A stretch of 64,000 bases of DNA, taken from Adineta vaga (taxonomy: Eukaryota; Animalia; Rotifera). The notes under the pieces were generated by a model, which was given only the letters and a program-made list of their open reading frames with translations, ran no database searches and was not told the origin of the DNA. Where the stretch lies: NCBI GenBank assembly GCA_021613535.1, contig CP075497.1:7440001-7504000 (forward strand), in the 5' to 3' direction. The translations under genes and the position numbers were made by a program. Within the stretch, counting starts at the first letter, position 1. Each line of letters opens with the position of its first letter. Of this stretch, positions 40,429 to 53,697 are shown one piece after another.

Positions 40429-43400
40429 TTAAAGATCATCAATTTTATCTTCGTCTTGTTTCTGTTTTTGTTGTTGACTACTAGGAGATGAAGAAGTAAT
40501 ATAATCCCGTACACGTTCTTCAGGTTGAATTGATCGTTGTAGACGCTACGAAATAGAATAACAAATAAATCTTTTGTGAATTTAAAATTTTTCATTATTA
40601 CTTCATCAAAATCTTTTCCAGGTGTAATGATTAATTTATATAATGCATAAGCTGGTATACAAAGCATTGGAACGTAGACCATAAGATATGACCAAATTTG
40701 AACCTTTGTTGGTAAATTTTTAAAACGAATTCGTTTGATTTCAATATTACCAAGAAGAAAATTGTCCATAGAAATATAGAATATCATCTATATGAAATAT
40801 TATCATTCGAAGAGTAGAGGAAAACGATATAAGTTACTTACAAGTAAGAAGAGTGGACTAATAATATACCATATTACTCTCCAAAATAATGATGGTCGAG
40901 AACCAATCATAGCTTTGATATCATCGGAAAATCGATTGACACCTAAGATAATTGAAAATGAAGTTCGAATTCTCAAAGAAAATCTTACCATAAAACCATG
41001 AGACAGCAATACATTCAACAAAGACGACAAGAAGTAATGCAGGTGCAACTGATATTTCATTCATTAAATTGACAATATAATCACCACCGTAAGTACATGT
41101 TGGTAAGGCACCTAAATAGCATATGACGAGTACACCTAAGACAAATAATGATCGATGACGTCCAAATATATGTGGGAATTCATCACATAAACCCGTAATG
41201 ATTGATTCCAAGCCACCAAACTAAATGAAATAAATATTTTTCTTTTTTCATAACGACGTAGAACATAGAACTTACTGTACTATCAATACCTAGAGTAATC
41301 AGCATGAAAAAGAAGAGAATAGCCCATAAGTGTGACCAATTCATCAAGGCAATCGTATGTGGATAAACGATAAAAACAAGTTCCGAACCTAAGATTTTTC
41401 ATACAAAAAAAAAACTTTCATACAGATCTATTAAACATTATTATTTACCTTTATCTTCAATTACTTGTTCAATCGTTTTCTTTGATACTTCAGCCATATG
41501 ACCCAATGTTGAAAAGACAACAAAACCGGCTAAAACCGATGTCGCACAATTAATTGTACTAGTCACCAGTGCATCCCTGAAATAACAAATGTTCGATTAT
41601 ACAAGCCGATAAAATTTTGAAAAGTTCATGTACCGATAGCAATTGTTATGAAATTTATTGTAAGATGATAGAGCTAAGAGAACACCAAAACCTGGTCCAA
41701 GTGAAAAGAAGATTTGTGTTGCTGCAGCATTCCAAATCTATCAAAAATCATTTCACAGAATTTCTCATATGAAATAAAATAAAAATTTAATCTTACGGAA
41801 AAACTTCTTAATAGTTCCAATTTCGGATGAAGATAATAATGAATACCTATTGCTGAACCTGATAGAGTAATACCACGTAAAAGTAAAATGATGAGAATTG
41901 CATAGGGTGCTACTGCTGTAATCCAAACTGCCTAAATAGCAAAATTAGAAACAAATGAGAGAATATGTTTTAGAAGGAACTGAAAAAAAATTACTTTTCC
42001 TGAACTTTTGATGCCTTTCCAGAGTGCGAAATAGACAAAAATAAAGACAACAAAGAGACATGCAGCAAGTTCCCATTTAATTTTGCCTAAATCGTTAAAT
42101 GAATCTGCTTTATCAACTTCTTGAACACGTCGACTAAAACAGTCGATTTCAATTTATAATCATCCTACAAAAAATTTGTCGAAAGAAACCTTACTAAAAA
42201 AATTCTTCAGTTGAATAAACCAAACGAGTACAATTCTCTCGTGGTGATTTTGTTACCAATGTTGTTGCACTTTTTGCAGCTGCACTCAAGACTTTTTTAG
42301 TTAAATTACTTAATTGTTCTGTATATTGCTGTTCTTCAACACTAGCTGCTACACAACATTCAGTATTCCATGAGTGGTTACATTCTTTCCATGGTAATGG
42401 AGATCTGATATTGTAAATTGTCATAACTAAATAATAAACTGCCCATGAAATGATCGTATTATAAAACATGGCCATCATAAAGTTAATGAGTACAGTTGCC
42501 CAACCAACTCCTTTTACCAATGGACAGATCTACATGTAGAGATAGAAAATTATTGAATTCGAAGTCATAAAATAACAAACAAAATTTACATGTGTCCAAA
42601 CGGTAAATACACCTGATCGATGATATTGACCGAGAGCAAGTTCCATGCTGAATAAAAAAAAAGAAAGGATTCACAGTCTAAATAAATCTGCTATGACAAA
42701 ACGACTATTATTTTCGTAATAATAATTTATCCAAATGATTAGAGAGAAAAGACATACTAGAACAATGGCAATCCACCAAATATTAAAAGTATGAAATAAG
42801 GAATGAAAAACGCTCCGCCACCATTCATATAAACAGCAGTTGGAAATCGCCAAACATTACCTAAAAGAATCCATATAAGTCTCATCTTCAGTTTCAAAAA
42901 AAAAGAATACTACCCAAATCAACTGCATAGCCAATAACAGCAAGAAGAAATTCGACCTTATGATCCCAAGCATCTCTTTGCATCGTAATTTGTTGTAGAG
43001 CTGGTTTCCATGATACGGGTAATTCAATACTTGTTTCAATTGTTTCAACTTCCATCGTTGTATGTATTGCTCCTGTACCATTTTCATCGCATTCAACTTT
43101 CAAATTCGATGAAGTTAAACGTATACGTTCTTCATTATTACCGTTTCGATCATCACCGCTAATTGTCGATTTTAATTTACTTAGATTTTTTAATTGTTGT
43201 AAATGATAACTAAGTTCAGCATTGGTTGAACTATGTGAACGAACAGGTGATTTTATTTTTGGTTTTGTTTTTGGTACATTTAATGGTGATGTTTCAGTTA
43301 AACTTAGATAATTAAAACCACTCGATGATTCTTTTTTAAGTGTTGGAACAATCGCATTAGAAATATTTCCACTTGATGTCGCACGTTTTGTATTAATATT

Positions 43401-43730
43401 TGACACTGATGTTGAATTAGTCGTAGTAGACGATGACTTTTTATTTGTTGACGAAGGCATTGATGGACGTCCCTGTATAATTGAACTCATAGAATCTCGT
43501 CCTGAACGACGACGAGTTTCGCAAGGAGGCCGCGTATTGGCCACAGTTGCACCGACGTTAACGGTCTGAATGATTGTAAGAAAATGAGCAGATAATCGAT
43601 AAACTAAATTTTAATACTATGAAAGCAATATTCTTATGGATAGAGATACTAACCGACAAATAATAGCAAAAGAAAATAAGACTGAAATCTTTCTTGTCAC
43701 TTTGACGAAGCCTTTCTCAAAATCAAACAT
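40429..43730 (-). CDS. SLC6A4: SLC6 monoamine transporter, serotonin-transporter-like
   Basis: [20 protein letters not shown] (SERT-type Tyr and Asp in TM1), [48 protein letters not shown]. Probable first exon 43730-43701 ([10 protein letters not shown]), followed by a long S/T-rich N-terminus. Confidence 0.88.
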
Positions 43731-44142
43731 ATCTTCTCATATTTTTTCTCTATGAGTTGTCTATCATTACTGATCCGAAAGAAGAGATGGATCTTTCTTC
43801 TGTTTGTTAGTTTGATCTGAAGAAAATGTTCCTCTGCATTTTGTCTTTTATATTCGTAATTAACATTCGTTTCTTTTTTTCTTTTGTTTCTCGTTAATAT
43901 TCCAGTTGTCACTGAAGCGAAGTGATTTGCCTTTTTGATTAGATAGACAACTTCGAAGACATCATCTCGTTTTCTCATTTGATAATGGAAAAATGAGCTT
44001 AGGAAAAGAAAAGACATAGAAAAGACTATGTGATTCGATATCATTGGATGTCCATCTTTGTTTTCTTCCAAAAAGTTGAATAAGAAAAGAATATGACAAA
44101 CAAAAAAAATACAATACATCAGAAGTCTTAGATTGATTAGAA

Positions 44143-44505
44143 TTATTTCTTCTTGGACTTCTTGCTACCGGATGTTTTGCCTTTACCAGATTTCTTTTTC
44201 GGATCAGTACCTGAAGCGAATACAATAATTTCGACACGTTTACCTTGACATTTAAACTAAAATAGACAATTTCTATGAAATAAAGTGATTTAAAAGATCA
44301 TTATGCACCTGATTACATTTGCGACAATGATCCGCTTGTGTCATCAATCCATTGAAATCCCCATGAAGACATTCCGAACAATAACGTGTACCACAGAATT
44401 TACACATATATGTCTATAAGATTCGAATTTAAGAGTTTTACAAAAAGATTAAATGAGAAATTATCTTCTTACAGATTCATAGTCGGGACAGCCCCATCGA
44501 CACAT
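44143..44505 (-). CDS. 83-aa Cys-rich (zinc-finger-like) microprotein with Lys-rich tail
   Basis: Phase-0 exons 44505-44473, 44413-44309 and 44256-44143 with canonical introns give MCRWGCPDYESTYMCKFCGTRYCSECLHGDFNGLMTQADHCRKCNQFKCQGKRVEIIVFASGTDPKKKSGKGKTSGSKKSKKK. Confidence 0.75.
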
Positions 44506-45433
44506 TGTAAAGATAATAGGACGATTTGATCTGTTTTTCTCAGATAATTTCAATACTCAACTCCTCCCACCTGTCAGTTTTGTTGTTGAAACAAGAAAGA
44601 AATGTGCCATGCAACAATCTTTTATTTCTTTTTCTTGACTCAGTTTTTTTTCGTTAGACATTGATGTTGTTTGTCTACAATCAGAACAGCCAAAAGAAAA
44701 GAGAAAACGAACTATGAAATAATACATGAGCACATAAAGAAAGTTTATATTGAACTTTAATTACAAGAAAGACATTTGAAAAAAAAGTTTAATGATAAAA
44801 CTCAAGAGATACTTCAAATAGTCAATTAAGAAATATTTTATCGTCACTCATGTTGTTCTTCATTTCAAAATTCAAAAAACAACAATCGATGTCTGCAAAA
44901 AAGTGTAATTGTATTTAACCTTGAATTAAATTTTAACACTTCTTACGACTAATTCCCCCGCTAGTTATATCATCTTACTTTTATTCAAAGCTTACAAACA
45001 TTTTTATTCAATTCAAAACAGTTTTATTTGAGATAAAAATATGAAAATTGAGATCGTTTGTATTAATAGCTTTTTAAATATATCCAGATGTCGCTCGTAT
45101 CTCTATTTTGTATAAATAAATAATTAATAGAGAGGTTGAAGTGTTTCATATATGGCAAATATCCGACATAAGCACAAGGTTGTTGTTTTTTCCCCTTCTA
45201 GCATCATCATTTACTTCATCCTGTCTTTTGAAAATATCAACGAACTCTTACAGTTTTTTCTTGGATTTTATAATTTCTTCTTTTTTTCTTGATTTCTTTT
45301 AGAAAAATAAAAACTTGTGTATGGTTTAATTCGCTTGTTCGATCGAACGATTACGTATGAAAACAACTAACTGTTCAACCTTCACATAACTTGATTGCTA
45401 TATTTTTCAATACAGATAAACATCAGTAGAACG

Positions 45434-48400
45434 ATGACTTCAAAAACGAACAATACAAATATACGTCCAAGTGTTATGGGTCCTTCTTCATCGACCTTGA
45501 AAGGTAAAGCAAGATCTCGAGTTTCTATTAAGTAAAAAATATGGAAAGAACGTCGGATTTGTATATTTCTTTTTGGAGAGAATATTCATCTCTCTATTTT
45601 GAAAATTGAAGTTATATACCGATGTTGTTGATGCCTGCTCTATTCTAGTGATCATGTTTGAAAAAATAAAGAAGGTAATATGCCTCCTTCTCTTCTCGTT
45701 CTTTTTTCTCTTTCTCTGTTCATAAATATGCAGAAGAAGATGAAGAAGACAGTTGAGATTTCTTGTACACCGTAAGTTAATATATTTGAAAACAAAAACG
45801 AATCAAGATAAGATATTAGGATGATGATGCTTGGCGTGTAAAAACGAACAAAAAAATCGATACAGGCTGGAGGAGAGAGAGATCCAAGATTTCAGATAAT
45901 TTCTTTACTTTTTTTCTGTTCATGTTGTTATTGTTGTTCTTGTTGTTGTTCGTGAGTGTTGTGCGCGCGTAGATTTGCCCAACAAAACAGCAAAAACAAC
46001 TGATTAATCAACACATTTTAATAGAGAAAAAAAACCAGATCTTCTAATTCTATTTTCACTAACAATAAATAACTATTCACAATATATTTTGTGTGCGTGT
46101 GTGTTTTTATTCTATCACTTATTTGTTGGTTCTTCTTTGCATGTTTTCTATATCTATGCTTTCTTCGACTTATTCTCTTTGCTGTCGCTATTACGATTGC
46201 TTTACTTGGTACACGATGTGATTGTGCATGCTATGATGTTCATATATATACATATTCTGTTTTTGTTTTCTATTCATGGAATCAGCCACCATCATCATCA
46301 TTATCTTCTTCCACGATGGTCAAATATCAAATATGTCGTCCAGCAGATCAGTAACCGCCTCGAAATTCCTCTACTGACCAAAAGAAAGCCATGCTTCTTC
46401 TTTCCCCTAATGCTTTTGTGAATTGTGTGTACATACTGACATGCTTTGCTCATCTGATAGGCAAGTTTTGTAAGATACCTTATCTAAAGCTTATAAATCT
46501 CAACAAGATCGATTACATATGAGCAAAGACATACTTTCTTTCTCTTATCTTGTTATAGGAAAGAAATTTTCTCTCTATGACCAGATTTGGATCTACAGAT
46601 AACTATTCTTTCCATATCGGTTGGTTATTTACAAGACAAATTATTGTCTCTTATATATGTATATGCTTCGTTTGTTGCATGATTGCTTGATTCTTTCTTT
46701 TAATGCACGTATAAATCTAATTTATTTAGTTTAATATATGATTGATTTGTTTTGCTGCACTTGTATCACATATAGCCTTCTTTAAATAGACTCATTTGAT
46801 ATTTGAAATGATCAATCCTCTATTTTTATTTACCAACTTTAGTCTTTGAACATATTCATATCTACGAGGTAAAAAAATTTATTATTTCAAAAAAAAACAT
46901 AACAATAAAATTTATCGACAGATTTCGTGTTGGCTTTCTTTATTGTGAATGTGTTAATTTGACTTTTTTTATTGTTTCACTCCTCTCGCTATATCTCTAT
47001 GCTTGTAGCCAACAGAAACACTGATCATCATATAAATAAAACCCGAAACAGAACGGTGAGGTAATCGTGTTTTATTCTGCACTGTAATTAAACAACAGTC
47101 AATTACTAACAAAATCAAACTATGCACGCTAACCCGTTGTTCTTTAGTTTACTTATGATTTGCATGTATAACTTCTTTCTTTTATACATCTTCTTGTAAT
47201 ATTCAATAATAAAAGAAAAAAACGCACAAAAAACAACAACAACTCTTTGAAATATATATATATATATACATATATATCGTTCTTTCTTTATCGAGTGTGT
47301 TTGTGTGTCATTTTATTTTCTAGTCGATTGTGGTGCTCTATTTTGTACATTTATTTTGTTTTTCAGGAAGATAATAACGAGGTATTTTTCTTTTGTCTAA
47401 ATAACTATATATATCTCTCTCTTCTCTGTGCCATAACACAATGCATTTTTTTAGTCTAGCTAAAACTGTATGCTCGCGCAACTATTTCCCCAATCGATTC
47501 ATATTGGATATCATATATATTAGAATTTGTTAAAGAATATTTATTTATTTCGATTTTTTTTCTATTTATCTTTCAATAGAATCATCACCATCGACAACAA
47601 ATGATAAAGGATCAAAGAAATCGAAACATGTAAGTATCTAGTCCATCATTTTTATCACATTCGAAGAAGCGTTTTCCGAGAATGAATGAAAAGACGTAAA
47701 ATTTTTCATGCCGAATTTCCTAAATAATTAAAAATCTATTCGAAATAACTATTTGGAATTCAAAAAGCAAAATCTTATAATCTTTTTATTTTTATTTCTT
47801 TCTAGGCATCGAAATCAAACTCAAAACATCACGAAGGTAAGAATCAATTTGAAGAATATTTCGTTTCCATAATATTCTTTTGTATATAGAAAAGTCACGA
47901 AAACGTAAAAAGAAACAGCATAAATCAAAGAAAAGTCCAAATGAAAAACGTGACATAGTCGATGATGCCCCTCCATTGCCACCACCTAATCAAACCACAC
48001 CACAACCACCTCCTCCTTCTGATCTATATGATGATCTTGATGAAACGTCAACAACAAATAATTCAGTAGTTAAAACGGATCTATCATTATCACATTCACC
48101 ACCACCAGTAATGCCAACAATATTACGTCAAGGTTCTCGTACACGATTAATAATGAAAGAGCAACTCGTGCCATCTTCTGTAATTCAAACAAGTACTAAT
48201 CAAACGAATGATCATAATAATAAAAATTCTCCAATTTCGGCAACAAGCACAAGTCATTCGGAACATTTAGCAACACAGAAATTTGAAGAACAATTAGCAT
48301 TACTTGATGCAACATCATCGAAATTAACAATGAATAATTGGGATCATTCGAGTGGTGGAAGTGAAGAAGATGAACAAATTGAACGTATTTGTCGAATGAA

Positions 48401-51400
48401 CAATACTGGAAGTATATCGGGACCCATTCAATTTAAATTCAATCGTACACAAAATTTACCACTAAAAACATCACCAGTATCGAATGATGTTGGCAATAAT
48501 GAAGAAGAAACAGTTCCAATTACGATCTCAATGAAAAAGAAACGATTACACAAACCCAATGATCCAACCAGTAGTTCTCATTCATCATTATCAGGTGATG
48601 AGATTGAAAAACAAACATCACAAACAAAAAAACAGAAGATAACTGAAAGTATGTTCATCTAAAAATGTTCATAAAGAAAAGTCTTCTTGTTTTAAAAGGA
48701 GGAAGTGTATTTCACAAACTTTGAACATGTTTTAAATTAAATTTCGAGACTCGACTAAAACGGAGAGATTTTTCGAAATTTTATTCATAGACATTATATT
48801 ATTTCCCACTAGCTCTGCTTCAATGCTTTCACTTCTCTATAGGCTATATATTCGACGAAATCATTCGTTAAGGCAAGAGATCTAATATCTTTTTCCTCTT
48901 TTCTTTTCTTCTCTATTGCTGTTGATGACTTGATGTAATCTTTTATTTTCTTGTTTTGGTCGCTAATATCGCCGCTATGGCAGCTGAGCTCTTTGCTTTT
49001 TTGACGCATGTCAAGCCAAAAACATCTTAAACACATACACACACACCTATATATACACGCGAGCGCGCAATTTTGTATTTTATCATGTTGTTCGATCTAA
49101 ACTCTAACTAAGATCGTATCTTTTTAACAAAATTTTCATATGAATTTTCATTTTCTTAGACGAAACAACTCAATCTGAGACAACAAATGAACAACCAACA
49201 GTATCCACTACAACAGATGAAATTACAACATCAGAAGTAAACAAAGTAGAAGAACCTGTTGCATCAACAACTAATGAGAAGAAAGTAGATGACCAAAAGA
49301 ATGATCGTGATCATCATTCTCGATCAACATCTGCATCATCATCAAAACATAGAAAACATAGTAGTCATCGACGACATCGCCATCATCGTCGTCATTCATC
49401 TTCATCAAGTTCACGTTCTTCCTATTCAAGTACATCGTCTGATAGTTCTCGTTCATCCTCCAGTCGTTCACGTCGAAGAAGACGACGTCGACGATCACGT
49501 ATGTATTTTATTTGATATTTCAAATCATTGTTCTCATCATTCTGATTTTAGGTTCGTCTCGTTCATCTTCACGTTCATCTTCTAGTTCAAGTGATAATCG
49601 TTCACGTCATAGTAGTCGAAGTAGTCGTCGCTCATCACGTTCGTATTCTCGGCGTCGTTCGTCCAGTTCTCGAAGTTCTCGATCATCCACATCTTCGCGT
49701 AGTTCACATAGTCGATCAAGATCTCGAAATCATTATCGAAAATCAACACGACGTTCCAATAACAGTCATCAGCAGCAGTCAAATAATAATGGGAAAGGAC
49801 GAGGTGGTGGATCACGTCGTGGTCGAGGAGCTCGAAATGGTCCACGTGGCCGTCGTGCACCATCAAATGAAAATCAACGTCGATCATCTCCAACGAATCG
49901 TAATGGAAATAAGTTTAATCCTACATTGAGCGGTGGTGGCAATGGTAATGGTGTTCGTAAACTACCAAATAATAAACAACCACGAGTACTTATTGCTGCA
50001 ACACCTAAACTTCCAAGTACTGAAGAAAACCTCAATGAACTAGCAGCCACATCAACTACGACAACAATAGAAACGGATGAAATTAAAACAGAACCAATTA
50101 TTTTAACGACAAATCAAAATCAGCAACGTCTAGTTGGACAGAAGAAAAATGCGAAAGGAAAAAATAAACAACAAACACCTGCATATTCATTGAAAAAAGA
50201 GGAAATTGACGGCATGGATCAGGATAGTGGTGAGCCAATCATTGGACCAAAACTACCACCAGAATTTGAGGTAACTTGATCGATCGATCGATCGATCAAT
50301 CAATCAAAAAAAGCATATTGATTTTGATTTACTCATAAATTTGTTTTTAGAAAAAGATTAGTAAAGATCATTCGTTTACTCCACCTGATATGGATGATCC
50401 GGAGAATGTTGAAATGCTCAATGATTTAAAAGTAGGATCTTTTCATTGTCAAATGGTGAAGTTGTTCACATATTTCTTGTTTTAGTATCGTGCTGAAATT
50501 CATGCCGCTAAAAATCATGGTTTAATCACGGAAATTCAAGCACAACAGTTGATTGAAGAACGTGAAACTCAGAAACAATTAGTAGATTTTCCACTTATTC
50601 AAATGCCTATTATGACCTCGCCAACTATCTCTGTAAGAATGATATAGAAATCTAGCTATTGTTATTTATTTCAAATTTGTTTTTGCTTTTTCAGTCAATG
50701 CCTTCATTTATTGTCGCCACACCAAATCCCATGATCGCTAATTATCATCCATCTTCAAGTAGCATCGAATGCTGCTTCGCAATTGGTAGCTAATCCTGAA
50801 ACATCTCCCGTAACACTTGAACAGCAACAGCATCAATTACAATCACATGCTTCTGTGTCACCGAATTCTGCAGCATCGAGTGGCGGTGAAAGTTGTTCGA
50901 CGCCTGGACAAACAACACCAAATGGAACAACTACTGTTCTAACACAAGATGGACAACAAATGATGATTCAAGCAACAACAAATGCCAATCCCCAATTAGT
51001 ACAAATTGCTCAACCACAACAACAGTTGTATATGCCTATGCAAAGTGCTATTCAACAACCACGAATTGTTGCTGTACGAACACCTCAAGGTAAAAAGAAA
51101 TGTGCTCATAGTAATACCATTGTTTCTTATTTCTTCTTCTTCTTCTTCTTGTTGTTATTTTAGGTGGTCTTCAACATTTTATTGAATATCCAACTGCTCA
51201 ATTGTTACAAGCACAACAACAACAACAACAACAACAACCTCAATTTATTCAACATAATGGTCAACTTGTTCAAGTCATTCGACCACAAGTCGCCTATTCG
51301 ACTCCAACGTTAATGCAACAGTTACAATTGCAGCAGCAACAACAACAACAACAGCAAGCACTAGCTGCTCAATTTCAAGCTCAACAATTAGCTGCCATGC

Positions 51401-51510
51401 AACAAACAGGTGGTGCTATATTTCTTCAAAACTCATCTGGACAAATTGTACTCGCTCAACAGAATCCACAAGCGATGCGTGTTGTGCAAATCCCTTATGT
51501 ACCTAAATGA
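45434..51510 (+). CDS. Large low-complexity protein with K/P-rich, RS-rich, RGG-like and poly-Q regions (apparent 1-nt frameshift near 50750)
   Basis: Probable exons 45434-45503, 47580-47629, 47806-47836, 47890-48648, 49160-49499, 49552-50270, 50351-50431, 50486-50632, 50695-51089, 51163-51510. RS tract SSRSSRRSSRSYSRRRSS and a Q-rich C-terminus. The 5' structure is uncertain. Confidence 0.65.
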
Positions 51511-52043
51511 CAAAACCAATAGAACCAACGGGGCTGTGATAAACATCCCATTCTTCAAACAAAACAAAAATATACTATACTAGACATGCTTTTGCTTTGT
51601 TTTAGTCATCATGTGTATACTTATTTATTCTTTCTTTCTTTCTCTCTTTCATTGATTCTATGTGTTGCGAGCCGTTTCCGGTGATAGAAAACTGCATGTA
51701 TGATTAGTTTATTCCATCAAATGATTTCAAAGATCATACATCTTACAGATTTGGCTGCTAACTCCTGTATGTGATTCAAAAGAAAAGAAAAGTAGACAAA
51801 AGAAAACAAAAACATTAATTCAATTCTATTGCTAGTTCTTTGTAAGATATTATTCGATTCATTTCTTTCTTAAATTTCTATGCTTTTCTTTTGTCTTCTT
51901 CTTCTTCTTCTTCTACTTCTCTCTGTTTTTGCTCTCTTCAAATCGTGTATCTGCATTGTTGTTTTTCTTTGTCTATCTATTTTTTTTGCATACAAATAAA
52001 CTAGATAAAACACATCTTTACAAAACATCCATCTTTCTTCTAG

Positions 52044-52908
52044 ATGAATTTCGATAATGATTTTCAACAAACACATGAACCAAGAGGATGCATCTTTGTA
52101 ATCATTACAATATTAGCAAGATGTGCTGGATTCATTACATCTATTGGTTTGTTATGGATATTTTTAATGAACGATATCAGAATTCCCACATATATTAAGG
52201 CCTAGGAATTGTTGTATATTTGGAATGGTTAGGAATAGATTCTCTAAGTTCTCGTACTTACATGACGTAAGTCATTTGATTGATGAGTAAAGTCAGCAAT
52301 GTTTGTTCTCATAGAATTATAACAATGATTGTTATTTACTTGGAACTTCTTTGGATATTTGATAAGTTCATTACATGTTGTCTATGTTGTTTTCGGTAAA
52401 GAGATAGCCTATTCAGAAAAAGGGCAATGGCAAAAGAGAAATGAATATTAATTATGAATTATGGGTGATGGTTGTTTATCAGATATCTCTTTCTCTTTCT
52501 GTATGTTTTGACGGTTATATATTTCTATATGTTTCTTTTTCGTTCTTTTCCTATGAATTTAGAAGTGAAACATGTTTCTATTGGATATGTTGTATTTGTA
52601 TTGACAACTGGATCAAGTCCATCATTTACATTAGTCTATCGATTCCATTCTTTGTCCCAAGATGGTTTCTATCAAAATGTCGAATGGATACGAATATTGT
52701 TGGTAAGTATGAATCGTTATTTAAGCTACATTCTCATGATGAAATATGGTGTTTAGGTATTCTTTTGATAAGCACTGGTTTGTTATATTTCATTAAAACA
52801 TTCAAATACAAAAGGATCTCTGTCGATGAGAAAAAAGACGAGACAACGATCGCTGGTAATTCATCAACTTCAACCGAAACATCAACAACAGAAATCGATG
52901 AAACATGA
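52044..52908 (+). CDS. TMEM72: TMEM72-like four-TM protein
   Basis: Five exons. ILARCAGFITSIGLG...YLELLWIFDKFITCCLCC...DNWIKSIIYISLSIPFF...GILLISTGLLYFIK aligns with the recalled TMEM72 pattern. Confidence 0.7.
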
Positions 52909-53043
52909 ATGAATCAAGATGCATATCTGCAATCATAACTAACTATAAGAGGAAATAAAGCTAGGGTTATGGTTTTGATTTTGAATTTCTCCTTCTCTAC
53001 AAACAAAAAAAAAAACCAATCTATTAAACAATGTCATTTTCAG

Positions 53044-53562
53044 ATGTCACTATTTCGATTAACATCTTTACGTTGCTTCCAACCGACATTTATTCGTACG
53101 ACTAAGACAAATGCTAAAGATGCAAAAAGCACTTCTTCAAAAGATTCAACTGAATCATTTGTAGGCAATGAACCAGTTGATGATGGTGATCAAGTCGAAG
53201 CACCAGAAACAACAGGCCGTGAACGATCATTAAATCGTGTTCAATTGATTGGTCGTGTTGGTGCTGATCCAAAAATTGGCGGAACTCAACGTCATAAAGT
53301 GGTTACATTTAATGTTGCCACGAATGAATATGCAGGTACAAATACAGAAAATGGTGAAGTCAAACAACGTGTTGATTGGCATCGAATTGCTGTTTTCCAA
53401 CCACGTTTATTAGATAATGCTGAAAAATATATTCGTCAAGGTGACCGAGTTTATGTTCAAGGTCGTCTTCATCATAATATGATTCGTGATAAGAAAACTG
53501 GTTTAGATCGTTATGTTACTAGTATTATTGCCGATGATATGATCTTTCTCAATAAGAAATAG
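53044..53562 (+). CDS. SSBP1: Mitochondrial single-stranded DNA-binding protein
   Basis: R/S/L-rich presequence MSLFRLTSLRCFQPTFIR, then OB fold ERSLNRVQLIGRVGADP, FNVATNE, DWHRIAVF, GDRVYVQGRL, TSIIADDMIFL. Intronless CDS. Confidence 0.93.
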   Translation: MSLFRLTSLRCFQPTFIRTTKTNAKDAKSTSSKDSTESFVGNEPVDDGDQVEAPETTGRERSLNRVQLIGRVGADPKIGGTQRHKVVTFNVATNEYAGTNTENGEVKQRVDWHRIAVFQPRLLDNAEKYIRQGDRVYVQGRLHHNMIRDKKTGLDRYVTSIIADDMIFLNKK

Positions 53563-53697
53563 TTTATTTCGTTTTCGTTTTTTTTTTTGTTATTCAGATA
53601 ATAGTAAAACCATGATATTCATCCAGTGCCTTTTTTGTGTTTTGTAAAGAAATAAAGAAACAAGTTAGATATTTCTATTTGAAGATTTCACTTTGAT

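Noticed and set aside
49271-49929. Overlapping and antisense ORFs across the RS tract (likewise 26549-28118 and 32884-33715)
   Set aside because: These are shadow frames of real coding exons.
50278-50305. (GATC)n(AATC)n run
   Set aside because: An ordinary short intronic microsatellite.
53044-53562. SSB as a bacterial horizontal transfer
   Set aside because: It has a mitochondrial presequence, lacks the bacterial acidic DDIPF tail and matches SSBP1-type motifs.
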